A DNA stretch of 64,000 bases from the human T2T-CHM13v2.0 reference genome, Homo sapiens, in NCBI RefSeq assembly GCF_009914755.1, contig NC_060932.1; one strand, given 5' to 3'. The position numbers and the translations under genes are program-made. Below the pieces are notes generated by a model. That model was not told the DNA's origin. It was given only the letters and a program-made list of their open reading frames with translations, and ran no database searches. Shown piece by piece: positions 12,022 through 26,878 of this stretch (its first letter is position 1; every line of letters starts with the position of its first letter).

Positions 12022-12979
12022 CAGATTATAAAACAGGTTGTGACATCTATTGTCTAACATCTGAATGGATAAGTAGTGAGAGAACTGTCCACTAACTTTC
12101 CAAAGGAAAAAACCTCTTCCTTCGTGTTCTGGAAGATGAAGAGTGTGACTGACTTCATTTGTGGCTTTAGAACCTTCTTTCCATGTGGTAGTATAAATTT
12201 GGTAAATTTTAGGTTCATGGTTCCAAAGACTATAAAAATTCAGTTAGTAAAGCATTTCATTTTAGTTTGAATGATCATTTAAACAAGTACTGCTATGGTA
12301 TGGAAAAAGTCTTTTTGTTATCCTGATACTATGTCCACACTATCCTTTGAAATGTTCTCTGAAACTTTGTGCTGTAATGTTTCAAAAACAAAAAATGGAA
12401 GGCCTCTAAAAGCATCTTAAATGTCAAATAGGCTTTTAACTTGCTTCCTAACAATAGAGTAACTAATTTTGCATGTAAAGTGCTGTTCTTTACTAGTTGC
12501 TAAATGTAATTGTACATATTTTCCAATTTTAATTTGTGCCTCGAAGAAAAAGTAGATTTTTATTACTCAAAATAAGCTCTTGTTTTAAATAGAACAAATA
12601 TCAAATTGGAAATCTAGAGATTAACACTGTTCATAGACCTGTGATATACTGTGCATGTACTATAAAACATGTACAGCAATACTAAATTTATAACTTAAGC
12701 TCTGAATTTTTTAGAAAGAATAATTACTAAAAGTCTTGTTTCATTAATGTTTTATGTAAAACCAGTGAATCACACTTTCCGTTTTTGTTTCCTTGTTTTT
12801 CTTTGTGTTAAACCACTATCAAATAGGAGGCAGGTTTACTACAAATAGTTTATCACAGAGTTTATACCAGTGGCTCCTGAAAAATCAGAGCAGATTACCT
12901 ATACTATGTAAATTTAGATAAGCTAATGTGTAGAGAATTTGGATAAACTAAACTTTGGTTCTTCATTGCTTGAGGGCTG

Positions 12980-13265
12980 CACATGCAAAAAACTACTAGA
13001 CCTAATATATAAATTCAACGGTGTTGCAGGATGCAAAATCAACATACAAAAGTGAATTGTATTTCTGTACATTAACACTGAATAATTTAAAATGAAATTA
13101 ACAAAGGTATTTCATTTATATAATAGCATCAAAAAATGAAATACATAAGAATAAATTTAATAAATGCAATACTTATGCACTGAAAACTACAAAATGTTGA
13201 GAGAAATTAAAGGTCTAAATAAATGGAAAGGAATTCTATATTCATGGATTGAAAAACTTAATATT
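12980..13265 (+). mobile_element. Old L1M ORF2 fragment
   Basis: gttgcaggatgcaaaatcaacatacaaaa...; ORF 13164 LCTENYKMLREIKGLNKWKGILYSWIEKLNI matches ORF2p. Confidence 0.8.
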
Positions 13266-13269
13266 CTGT

Positions 13270-15177
13270 TTTTTCTTTTAAGTACAGGGATGCAAGTTCA
13301 GGTTTCTTACATAGGTAAACATGTGTCATGGGAGTTTGTTTCATCACGCAGGTATTAAGCCTAGTACCCATTAGTTCAGGGGTGTCCACTCTTTTTGCTT
13401 CCCTGGACCACATTGGAAGAATTGTCTTGGGCCACACATAAAATACACTCACATTGATGATAGCTGATGAGCTTAAAAAAATGGCAAGAAAATCTCATAA
13501 TGTTTTAAGAAAGTCTACGAATTTGTGTTGAGCCACATTCAAAGCCATCCTGGGCCGCATGTGGGTTGAACAAACTTGCATTAGTTGTTTTTCTTGATCC
13601 TCTCCCTCCTCCCACCCTTCATCCTCAGGTGGGCCCCAGTGTGTGTTGTTCCCCTCTGTGTGTCCATGTGTTCTCCTCATTTAGCTCCCCCTTATAAGTG
13701 ACAACATGTGGTCTTTGGTTTTCTGTTCCTGTGTTAGTTTGCTAAGGATAAGGGCCTCCAGCTCCATCTATGTCCCTGCAAAGGACCTGATCTCATTCTT
13801 TTTTGTGGCTGTATAGTATTCTATGGTGCATATGTACCATGTTTTCTTTATCCAGTCTATCATTGATGGGTGTTTAGGTTGATTCCATGCCTTTGCCATT
13901 GTGAATAGTGCTGCAGTGAATGTACACGTGCATTTGTCTGTATAATAGAATTATTTTTATTCCTTTGGGTATATACCCAGTAATGGGATTGCTGGGTGGA
14001 ATGGTATTTCTATCTTTAGGTCTTTGAGGAATCACCACACTATTCCACAATGGCTGAACTAATACACTCCCCCCAACATATAAGCATTCCCTTTTCTCCA
14101 TAACCTTGTCAGCATTTGTTATTTTTTGACTTTTTAATAGCCATTTTGACTGGTGTTAGATGGTGCCTCATTGTGGTTTTGATTTGCGTTTCTCTAATGA
14201 GTGATGTTGAACTTTTTTTCATATGATTGTTGGCTGCCTGTATGTCTTCTTTTGAGAAGTGTCTGTTCATGTCCTTTGCCCACTTTTCTGTGGGGTTGTT
14301 TTTTCTTGTAAATTTAAGTTCCTCATAGATGCTGGATATTAGACCTTTGTTGGATGCATAGTTTGCAAAAATTTTCTCCCATTCTGTTGGTTGTCTGTTT
14401 ACTCTGTTGATAGTTTCTTTTGCTGTGCAGAAGCTCGTTAGTTTAATTAGATACCATTTGTCAATTTTTTTTTGCTTTTGTTGCAATTGCCTTTGGCGTC
14501 TTCCTCATCAAACTCTGCTTGTGCCTGTGTCCTGAATGGTATTGCCTAGGTTGTCTTCCAGGGTTTATATAGTTTGGGGTTTTATATTTGAGTCTTTAAT
14601 CCATCTAGAGTTACTTTTTGTATGTGGTATAAGGAAGGTATCCAGTTTAGATCTTCTGCATATGGCTAACTAGTTATCCCAGCACTATTTATTGAATAGG
14701 GAATCCTTTCCCCATTGCTTATTTTTGTCAGGTTTGTCAAAGATCAGATAGTTGCAGGTGTGTGGTCTTATTTGTGGGTTTTCTCTTCCATTGGTCTATG
14801 TGTCTGTTTTTGTACCAGTACCATGCTGTTTTGGTTACTGTAGCCCTGTAGAATAGTCTGAAGTCAGGTGAGGTGATGCTTCCCGCTTTGTTCTTTTCAC
14901 TTAGGATTGCCTTGGCTATTTAGGCTCTTTTTTGGTTTCATATGAATTTTAAAATAGTTTTTTCTAGTTCTTTGAAGAATGTCATCGGGAGTTTAATGGG
15001 AATAGCATTGTATCTATAAATTGCTTTGGGCAGTTTGTATGAATTTGCATAGCCATTTTAATGATACTGATTCTTCCTACACATGAATATGGAATGTTTT
15101 CCCATTCCCGTCGCCTCTGATTTCATTGAGCAGTGGTTTGTGTGTGTCATCTCTGATTTCTTTGAGCAGTGGTTTGG
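13270..15177 (-). mobile_element. 5'-truncated L1PA (L1PA13-16-like), antisense in OSGIN2 intron 1
   Basis: ORF 14109-14486(-) [37 protein letters not shown] is the ORF2p C-terminus; L1PA 3'UTR lies at 13270-13900. Confidence 0.92.
13377..13578. mobile_element. MER30-like hAT-Charlie MITE nested in the L1PA 3'UTR
   Basis: Ends caggggtgtcca...tgaacaaacttg; perfect 8-bp TSD cattagtt at 13369-13376 and 13579-13586. Confidence 0.9.
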
Positions 15178-15997
15178 AGGTTTCTGATCAAAATGACTTT
15201 GATCAGAAGCCTCCAAAGGTACAGGAGAACCTAACCTTTGCACATACTTTGGAGAAATACCAGGGACAGAGCAGAATATAAAACATGTTAAATGCAGTTG
15301 CCAAGAGGTAGAAGCGGGCATGGGCAAGACAGCTGAGGCATCTGGATCTGATCAGAGGCAGTAGTTGGAATGAGTCAGAAATAGATGGATTGAGCATATA
15401 AAACTTCCTCCCAAGGGTAGGCTTGCACTGTGAGGAGGGGTTTCCCTTAGTAGCCATGTCTGATTGGTGTCTGTTTTGGTCAAAAGAGGCTATGTAAGGG
15501 GAAACCAAATATTTGGGGTACAGGTTACTTTCTTTGCTTCAAGAAAGCTCTCAGTATGTCCTGAGGAAGTCTCGCCTATCCTAGGGTAGACTGGGAACTC
15601 TGAAGGTTATAGGGAAGTAGAAATGCCTGTCTCTGCCTGATTCTTTTCTGTTTATCAACCTCCTCTGGGATCAGTGAGTTCAATCTTGTGAAATAACTGA
15701 TCTATCCCATGCTTATTTATCATCTGAGAGTAGTAATAAACACACTTACCCACTAGTAGATACTTAATTTAATACTTCCAGACATTGTGGCTGTTACTGA
15801 CTGTATGAAGATAAAATTAATTAAGGGATTCTATTCTAAAGTAATCTGTTGTATAATGCAGAACATTACCTGTGTGCAGGAGATACTCCATGTATTGCAT
15901 GAAAATGTGAGAATGCTAAAACTAATTTCTAGAGAGCCAATTGAGAAAGAAAAATTGGAAAATAACATTAAGAAATTATTTTAATATATTTTTGAAG

Positions 15998-16194
15998 TCT
16001 GGGTAACATAGCGAGATCCTATCTCTACCAAAAAATATTTTTTAAATTAGCCAAGTGTGGTGGCACACCTGTAGCCCTGGCTACTCTGGAGGCTGAAGCA
16101 AGAGGATGACATGAGCCCGGGAGGTGGAGGCTGCAGTGAGCCATGCTTGCGCCATTATACTCCAGCCTGGGTGACAGAGCAAGACCTTGTTTCC

Positions 16195-16225
<31 letters not shown>

Positions 16226-16250
16226 TATATATACATATATATATATATAA
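15998..16250 (+). mobile_element. Partial AluJ with long A tail running into an (AT)n microsatellite
   Basis: ctgggtaacatagcgagatcctatctctac...gcaagaccttgtttcc, then a run of ~26 A and atatatat. Confidence 0.85.
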
Positions 16251-16749
16251 TGTATATGTAGTATATTTTTTGAATAAAAATGTATAAACCTAATTTCTTA
16301 TACAAAAATGCACAATTTATAATATATAAATACCGTAACTTTTTCTTAAAATGTGTATGACTATATATTGTATTTTAGTGCACTCACCTTTTAAAAAGAA
16401 AGGTATGGAGGAGACACTAGCCATTTCTAGGCTAGTTTCAGAGAATTATGAACTCCTCAACACCATGCTGTCTTTGATCATGAGAGAACTGCTTATTAGA
16501 GACTTGCCTAGAAGATACTTGTGAGAGAAAAGCAACTATTAATATTGGGGATATTTGGCCTTCAAGTTGGTATAGGTTGACATGTAGCGAAGCTACTAAT
16601 TTGAAAGCATTAATCAGAAGGATTTTCTTTGCTTCTTTTATGGAATGATTAAAATATTTTATGTCTAAATAAACTCGGAGTAGAGATTGATTTTTATAAA
16701 GGCTATATTGACTATATCTCTTTTTATTCCCCCTTTTTTTTTTTTAAAG

Positions 16750-16904
16750 AAACTATAGTGACACTGAAACTGAAGGAGAGATTTTTAATTCCTTAGTGCA
16801 ATACTTTGGTGACAACTTGGGGCGAAAAGTTAAAGCGATGCCATTAGTTGAAGAAACTTCTTTACTGGAAGATTCGTCAGTGACTTTTCCTGTGGTAATA
16901 ATAG
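16750..16904 (+). CDS. OSGIN2: OSGIN2 exon 2: (R)NYSDTETEGEIFNSLVQYFGDNLGRKVKAMPLVEETSLLEDSSVTFPVVII(G); short-isoform ATG at 16838
   Basis: Poly-T acceptor ...tttttaaag|, donor G|gtaagt, 155 nt, frame continuous. Confidence 0.95.
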
Positions 16905-18112
16905 GTAAGTTATTGTATTTTATCTTTTAAAATTATAGTTAATGACCCTTAATACTTTTATAAATCTACAGTTAGTACAAGTTCTTAAGATTTTATTGAA
17001 AAGTATTCTTAGGTGGTTTGATATGCTAAAAAACTAATAACCAAATCTTTGGAGAGTAATTGGTTTATCTGATTTTAGCATCTGTGTTAAAATGCAGTAT
17101 CTTTTTAGTGAAGAACTGATATTACTACATTATTTTAAAATATCTCCTACATTTGTGTTAATTATATGACAGTGTCATGGTAATGTGATAATATTATTAG
17201 AGCTCTGAAGAGTATTCTATGTATATTATTGGATAATACCTTACAACTCTGCAGACTTCTGATGTTGGTAGGGCGGATACAGACAGAGAAACTGACACAG
17301 ATGTTGAGTAACGTGCAAGTTAGTAACCGGTGCTGTATTAGCAATGACATTATAGTACTCTAAGGTAATGTTTACAGTTACCTTAACCACAACACTACTA
17401 TTTTATATCCTTTGTATCACCTCAGCAGATAGGCATTTAAGATATTAAAAATTAAACTATTAATAAAACATTCAGATTTATAAGCTTTTATAATTTAGTT
17501 TTATTGCATGCATTTAATTACCTGTTATGTATATTTTTCATCTAATATACAAAGTCGAGGAATTCAGACAAGGAATATAGTGTGAAGCTAACTAAGCCAG
17601 AGGAGAGAGTTAAGGAATATAGGTGCCTTGGTAGCATATGACTTCCTTTGTTTCTTTGACAGCTTGTTTCAAAGTTAGTAGGAAGGGGAGAAAATTCCTG
17701 TCCTCTGGCTTGTGGGAGGAAAAGAGGAGAGCAAGATTGTTCTATACTAGGTTCTATACTAGATTCTCCTCTACAGGATATGATAGAGGTGACAGTTTTT
17801 GTAATAGTTCTCAACCAAGAGATATCAGGGACCATACGTCATGTTTCATTTTCCCCCTTACCTCTAACCTTGGTTTTCTATCCTGAATGAATGGAGGAAT
17901 CCTGTCTTCTTGTGTGGCTAGGCTGTGGGAAGGTCAGAAAAGAAAAACTTAACCTTCATTTGCACCTGCCCACTCCACTTCCCACAAAGCAGCCTATCCC
18001 TGTTTTGCCTCAGCTAGCTGTGAGTAGCTTAGCCTCATGTATATTTATATAGTGTCATTACTGTTGACAATGGCACCACCAGCCTGAGCATAAAGAGCTA
18101 ATTTCTTAAATA

Positions 18113-18530
18113 TATGTTTTCTGTTGCCGCTGTAACAAATTACCACAAAACTAGTGGCTTTAAACAATGTGAATGTATTATTCTACTGTTCTGTGGGTCA
18201 GAAATTCAACATGGGTCTTCCTGGGCCAAAATCAAGGTGTTGGCAGGGCTGTGTTGCTTTCTGGAGGCTCTAGGGAAGAATGTTTCCTTTTCCTGGCTCC
18301 CTTCTGTAGCTTCAAAATCAGCAATGTTGTTTCTTAACCTTCTTTCATTGTCATGTCTCCCTTTCACCACAACTGGGAAAAGTTCTCTATTTTTAAGGAC
18401 TCTTGTGATTAGATTGGGTCTACCTGGGTAATCTAGACTACTCTCCATCTCAGGATCCTTAATCATATCTACAGAGTCCTTTTGCTCTGTAGTAACATTT
18501 ACAGGTTCTAGGGGATAGGACTGGGACATC
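18113..18530. mobile_element. MLT1B/C-like ERVL-MaLR LTR
   Basis: ttgccgctgtaacaaattaccacaaaactagtggctttaaacaa...ctggaggctctagggaagaa...cattacaggttctagggga-type MaLR signature. Confidence 0.8.
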
Positions 18531-19141
<611 letters not shown>

Positions 19142-19509
19142 TTAGTTCTAAATATTTTTTATTTTTCTTTCAGTCTTTAAGGCTTCCTATTCTAGAATTA
19201 TAAGTTGAAATCTTTCTCTGCTTTCTCTGTTTCTAGTATTCTTATGGTTTTACTTTTCTTATATCTTTGAGTATATTTTATTTGGGGTAACATATTAGGT
19301 AAGGAACAGGATTTTTTCTTTGCAGCTAGCAATTCTCTAGGTTGGATTAAATTTTTGAAAGGCAGATATAATAAGTGGTAATCCAGAATAAAGGAATTAT
19401 TAATTCATAAATGGAAGTAGTTCAGGAAATCCAGTTTGGTTTTAGTTAAAGCATATAAACATATAGGAAAGCAATATCAGGATTTAGGACTGGAAAGATG
19501 GTTGAGATG

Positions 19510-20590
<1,081 letters not shown>

Positions 20591-21259
20591 AATGGAGAAC
20601 ACTGGATAGTCAGAAACAAACAATGAAGACCTTTAGAACAGAAGGCTAACATGATGAGGATTATGTTACCAAAACTTATGTGAATGTAGTATGTGAAATG
20701 ATTGGGAGTGGGTGAATCTCAGGGCAGAGAAACAGTAGGAGACTTGTCTTTTAGGTGAAGTACAGGAATGAGAATAGCAAAGACAACTGACAAGATATAG
20801 GGGGCAAACTAGGTTTAGAACCAGAAACTGATTAACTTAGAAGTTTGCTAGTACCATACTTTGAGATAGGATAGGGTTTGAAGGAGAGGGCACCTCAATG
20901 AAGGGACTCATGAGCTTGCTTTTGAGCACATTACATTAAAGTTATTAGTGGGCCATTCTATCAGGTAGAATCAAGAAGTGGAATGGAAATGTGGGATATA
21001 TCCTTGGGAAATAGGTCAATTTAGAGAACTAATTTTGGATGTCAGTAGCCTAGAGAGTTGAAGCCTTGAGTAGATGAGATTCCCAAAAGAAAATAGGAGA
21101 GAAGGCAGAGGTTAAAATCTCATGAAACATCTGGTTTTAAGAGATTAGAAAAGGAAGAACTGGTCAGAGAAAAGAGCCATCTTCAAAGTAGGACAAAAGC
21201 CAAGGAACAAGAGTATTAAGATGCATGACCTACCCCTTTCCACCTTTTATTTTTAATAG

Positions 21260-21396
21260 GAAATGGACCCTCAGGAATATGCCTTTCTTATATGTTATCA
21301 GGCTACAGACCGTATTTATCATCAGAAGCAATACACCCAAATACAATCTTAAATAGTAAATTAGAAGAAGCAAGACATCTTTCCATTGTTGATCAG
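21260..21396 (+). CDS. OSGIN2: OSGIN2 exon 3: (G)NGPSGICLSYMLSGYRPYLSSEAIHPNTILNSKLEEARHLSIVDQ
   Basis: ttttaatag| ... CAG|gtatta, 137 nt; completes the GxGxxG motif VVIIGNGPSG. Confidence 0.95.
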
Positions 21397-21737
21397 GTAT
21401 TATTTCTTACATGTCAATTTAAAAAATTTTTTTATGCTGAAACAAGATTAGTTTTTATTTATATGAACTTTCTTAGTTGAAACCCCTTATTCTAAATAAC
21501 ACCTTATATCATTTTTATTTTAGATTCGTAAATGTATTCTGAGTTACTTCTGTTTATTTTCTTGAATTTATTAGAGCAGAGTTTTCTGAATTATTTTCTA
21601 ATGGAGATTTAGTAGGTGCTCTGTGGTCAAGTTGGGGGTACTGCTTTTTATCATTGGAGCATCATGGTAAGCATTAGAATATACTATCTGGGAAATGCTG
21701 GCTTTTTTCAAACTCTGTCTCCCTTTTGTTCATTCAG

Positions 21738-21929
21738 GACTTAGAATACTTGTCTGAGGGCCTTGAGGGCCGATCATCCAATCCAGTTGCAGTACTTTTC
21801 GATACACTTCTTCATCCAGATGCTGACTTTGGGTATGATTATCCATCCGTTTTGCATTGGAAATTAGAGCAACATCATTATATCCCTCACGTAGTTCTTG
21901 GTAAAGGTCCACCTGGTGGGGCTTGGCAT
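21738..21929 (+). CDS. OSGIN2: OSGIN2 exon 4: DLEYLSEGLEGRSSNPVAVLFDTLLHPDADFG...LGKGPPGGAWH
   Basis: ttcattcag| ... CAT|gtgagt, 192 nt; matches ORF 21726-21956. Confidence 0.95.
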
Positions 21930-22320
21930 GTGAGTATATTTTTCTTAGCATTTTAGTGTATGTGAATTATTTGTCTTGATAAGACCAACTTTATTCTTAA
22001 GCATTATGATAATGTTATATGTGATGTTTATCACATTTTTATTTGAGAAGAACTTTAATGCTGTTCAGTTAGTTAAATATGGGTTTATTACAAGTAGCAG
22101 TAAATCAAGCCAAATTTTATTACTGGTACAGTCTTAGAATAAGCATGTCTCTATACTATCTTACAAGAATTATGTAGAAAACATTTCAAGAATGTTTTGT
22201 ATAATAAAAATTTAAAACTCAATTCATTTTAGACTTTACATAATCTCACATAGTATTTCAAAGCAGTATCCATTATTTTCTTACATTTTCAGAATCTTAA
22301 ATGAAAAATGTAAAAGAGGT

Positions 22321-22681
22321 TGTGTTAGTCTGCTTGTCTGCGATAACAAAATGCCATAGAATTGATGGCTTAAACAACATATTTATTTCTCACAGTTCTG
22401 GAGGCTGGAAGTCCCAAGATGAAGGTTCCAGCCAGTTCAGTTCCTGGTAAAGGCCCTCTTCCTAGCTTTCAGATAGCTGCCTTCTCAATGTGTCCTCACA
22501 TAGCAGAGAGAGAGAAATATTCTCTTCTTATGAAGCCAGTAATCCCATTCTGAGGGACCTACCCTCATGACCTCATCTAGCTCTACTTACCTCCCAAAGG
22601 CCCCATCTCCAAAAGCATCACATTGGGGGTCAGGACCTCAACGTAAGAATTTTGAGGGTAGATACAATTCGGTTCATAGCA
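22321..22681. mobile_element. MLT1A-like solo LTR
   Basis: tg...ca ends with 5-bp TSD gaggt (22316-22320, 22682-22686); atttatttctcacagttctggaggctggaagtcc signature. Confidence 0.88.
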
Positions 22682-23899
22682 GAGGTTAAACCAGAGAACC
22701 AGTGAATTAAGGATTCACTCAGTGCATTTCATTAGGGGGCCAGTAAGTAATAATTGTTCATCCTTCCTGTGTTCTTAGCAGTTAACACTGTGTCTAGTGT
22801 GTAGTGAGTGTTCATTTGTTATACAAATTGATGTTAAGTAATTTAGTTTGCTGTGTTATGAATTACAGACTTCATGGGAACTTTAACATATTACATACCA
22901 AATTTTTAGTACAAACTTCGGTTGGCTGTTCGTGTATTAGTGCAGTTTTGCACATCTGAAAAGTTGTTTACGTTTATAAAATGACTGTTTCAGGGTATCG
23001 GGACATTCCTAGATTAAATACGTCATGGGTTTCTTTTAAAATCTTTATTCTCTTTTTAATAATGAGTAGCAACTACCAAATTATTTGTTGCTTTTAGCTT
23101 AAGTTTTATGATTTTTACTTTTTCATATCAACTTTAAGCTTTATTTACAATAAGCTGCATCCATTTAGAGTGTATAATTTGACAAATGCCTGTAACTGTG
23201 AAACCACCAATACAAGATAAGAAAGAATTCTATCATGCCCAAAACTTAAGTGTTTATATTTTCTCTGTTAATTAGTAGCATTCTTAATTTTAAAAAAAGC
23301 CATAATGTATTTGGAAGTGGGGAGGGCATTTAGACTGCCTTCTCTGAATTCCTGAGGTTTTATTTTACTTACATTTTTTCCGCTTAGAAGAATGATGAGT
23401 TGTGCAGGCGATAATTGATCTGTTTCATTTCTTTCACTTATGTATAAAAAAGTTAAAGTATGGATAAACCCTGATTACTAAAAACACATTTTGAGCCAGT
23501 GATAAAGGTTAAAATATACCTAAAAGTTGCTGATTTTTTTCAGGCATGTATTCACTAAAATAGGGCTGTAAGTAATATTTCAGCTGTGTACCAGTTGCCA
23601 GTCATCACCTCTGTGAAGGTTCCTAATGTTCCCAGACATAATTACTTGATCCTACCTGCATTCCATATCTTAATCTTACTGTGCTTGCCTGTGGTACTAT
23701 TTATCTGTTTATGCGACCATCTCCCCTGCTATGGTTTATGTACATCCTAATTAACCTGAGTTGTGACTTAAGACGTAAACTCCTTGAGTCATCACCCCTC
23801 TCTCCTACTTAGCTTCATATAGTTCTCTGTTTCTCTTGTGATCTAGTTTCTCATCACTCTTCTCTCTTCCAAACTTTCTGTGGCCCCTTGAACCAATTT

Positions 23900-26350
23900 T
23901 GTGATAAACAACTTGTTTGCTTTCCCACATCTTTAACCATTCTGTCAGATGCTGCTTCTGCTCCCTTTCTTGAAAGCTTACTCTTTCCTAAAGATACCAT
24001 TCCCACTGTAGCCCTCTGAAGTGGAGCCTATTCATTCTCCCATAGCCCTATGTCCCATCAGGTTGGCTAGTAAGGTTGGTCTTCTCTTCACACCCCTATG
24101 CACTTGTGTAAAAAGCCCTGTTCCATTGAACAGATGATGCCATTTTCTAGCTTTTCTACCATTCCAGACTGTCTCCAGACTGTCTCCATTTCTGGCTTTT
24201 TTACCATTCCAGACTGTCTCCAGTTACTGAATCTGTGGCACCTAATTCATGGGTCTTCCATTATATCCCAAGTTTTGTTACCACCTTGAATAATTTTACC
24301 TCTACAAACATGACACAGAACCAAGATCTTAACCTTTTTGTTCCTTGGTCTCCTCATTCTTGATGATGATGTATTCTTCATTAGCTACTCACTCCAGTGG
24401 CTCCACTGTAGATCTTATCTGTCATAACTACTCAACTTGTAAAAACCTAAATTCTCAAATGTCTTCCTTTCTGATCACAGTTTCCTGTTCTTCAAGCTTA
24501 TCACCCAGTTAATTCACACTATAGATAATCTTTGAACACAGAGCGTGCTCCAGGCTGTGATCTTCATATCCTTACTTACCCAGCCCAGCTTCTGTAGTCC
24601 ATGGAGTTAACTATTCTCTTTAATTCCCTTAACCCATTGTCCTTCTGTCACATAGGTTTGTCATACAGGCAATTCATCTAACTATCCACTTTATCTTTTC
24701 TTACACTTGAGCAGTCAGACCCCCAGAAAAAAAATTATACAACTGTGAAAATATTCTCCACTCTCAGTTGGGGCCAAAACACTACTATAACCTTTGATAT
24801 TTCCTTATTAACTTCTTTTCAAACCTTTATCTCTTTTTTTTCTTTCATGCTTAGAAGTGGTCTTGGTTCTTATTTTACAGATAAAATGTAATCCATTAGG
24901 ATTGAACTTCCACAATTTCACACTCAAACCGAAAACTTACACATTGATGCAAATTCTTTTTTTTTAATCCCCTGTTATAATGGAAGAGATATTACTACTA
25001 AGGCTCACCTTCCAGCCACATTCTGGATCCCTGTCTTCCCAAGAACATTATTTATTTGATTTTCCCCATTTCTTTTATATCTTCAATTTCTCTGCCAGCT
25101 TCTATTGGTCGGTATGTAAACATGCTGAAATTATTTCCATCTTTAAAAAAATTTTAGGTGCCAGCTGATCTTTATCCTTTGGTTTATAGCTAACTTCCTG
25201 AAAGAGTTACCTATACATACTTCTCCCTGCCTTTGCTTTCTGCTCCTTAGCTTACTCACTCTACCTTCTGCCACCGGTTTTCCATTGGAACTGTTTTTTC
25301 TGAAAGTCGGTAACTTTCTTTTTTGCTTAATTTGATGACGAGTCTCAGAATTTATCTTTTCTGATCTCTGCAGCTTTTGACAGTGTTCATATCTTTCTTA
25401 GGTTCTCTGAATCTTCAGTCTCCTTGTTTTTCTTCCTGTTTGGTCACTCCTTTTCTGATACCTTTGTGGATTCTTGTCTTTTTTGTTGTTGTTGTTTTTG
25501 AGAGAGGGTCTCACTCTGTCATGCAGGGTGGAGTGCAGTGGTACAGTCATAGCTCACTGCAGCCTCGGACCCCTGAGCTCAAATGATCCTCCTGCCTTAG
25601 CCTCCCAGTGCTGGGATTGCAGGTGTGTGCCACCACACCCAGCTGACTCTTGTTCTTTAAAAATTGCTTCTGTAGACCTTATCCCAAGCCCAGGTCTTTT
25701 CTTCATACTCTTCATTCTCCCTGGGTTATCTTACCTACTTCAATGGCTTGCATATTGATATTAATTGATTCCCAAATCAGAATTCCCAAAATCAAAACCA
25801 GCCCAGATTGCTGTTTCTCATATACCCAAGTAAATACATTCCCTTGATTATTCTGCAGGTGTCCTCAGACTCAACGTACCTAAAACTAACTATCTTTATC
25901 ATCAAGTCCCTTCAATTTCCTTGTCATTAAATGGCATTCTCATGTAGTTACTCAAGCCAGGAACCTGAGAGTCTTCCTTGATTTCTCTTTCTTCAACTCC
26001 CATTTCAAATTAATCACCAAATCTTTTTCATTTATGATATTTTGGGTCCATCTACTCTATTTTGTTGCTAATATTGGTCACCGCTGTCTTTCACCAGAAT
26101 TACTGCAAACCCTTTCTAAATGGTTTTCTTACTCATTGTCTCTTCTCCAATCCATTATCCATACCAAAGCCAGACTCATCTTTCTAAATTACATGTCTGA
26201 GATGTTACACCAATGCATAAAACTCTTCAGTTGCTCTCCATCTAACATATAGTATGTAGACTTCGTAATGTATCTCACCATACTCCAATCTAGCCCTTAT
26301 TAGGTTTCTTGTCATATTCCTCTTTTTATCTCTGACATTCTGTGCTCTAG
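23900..26350. mobile_element. Degraded LINE-2 remnants with an Alu monomer (FLAM-like, ~25482-25646, minus)
   Basis: Pyrimidine-rich L2-like tracts such as tactcaagccaggaacctgagagtcttccttgatttctctttc; Alu monomer gagagagggtctcactctgtc...ccacacccagc. Confidence 0.6.
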
Positions 26351-26359
26351 CATGCTTTT

Positions 26360-26878
26360 GTTGGGGAGTCCAAGTTCATTCTCAGTCTCGAAGATTCAAT
26401 AGGATTCACAGGACTCAGTAAAGATGGTGTACTTGTGGTTAAATTTTACTATAGTGAAAGGATACAGATTAGAATCAGCAATGGGAAAAGGTTCACAGGG
26501 CAAAGTCCAGGAGAAACCAAGTGTAAGCTTCTAGATATCCACTCCTAGTAAAGTCACTGGTGCGTGGTGTCGAGGGATGTTTTCTGTGGGGTCAGTCATA
26601 TAGGCCAGCAGCTCCCATGTGACTCACCTCTGCCTCCCAGAGCAAAAACTGGTATTCACATAAATCACATTGTTAGGATAAACTCTCATGGTTACACTGG
26701 TATAGCATTGCCAAGGCCTTAGGCATGCAAAACTCATGCTCATCAGGTAGAGTATTCAGGGGCTCAGAAGTTATTTCTAAGAAGGTGGCAGCCAAGCCTG
26801 GTTCTGAAGACAGGCTTTTGTTGGTAATGTAAAAGGTTGGAACAACGCAGGCCTGCTGAGTTAATCCTTTCAGGCACA
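26360..26878. mobile_element. MER21-like ERVL LTR
   Basis: cacaggactcagtaaagatggtgtacttgtggtt...tagtgaaaggatacagattagaatcagcaatgggaaaagg...ggcctgctgagttaatccttt...caca. Confidence 0.7.

Noticed and set aside
17739-17766. 12-bp tandem ttctatactag repeat; similar small duplications at ~15113-15177, ~24157-24222 and ~30168-30216
   Set aside because: Two-copy local duplications in intronic or repeat DNA, consistent with ordinary slippage; no A tail or other structure.
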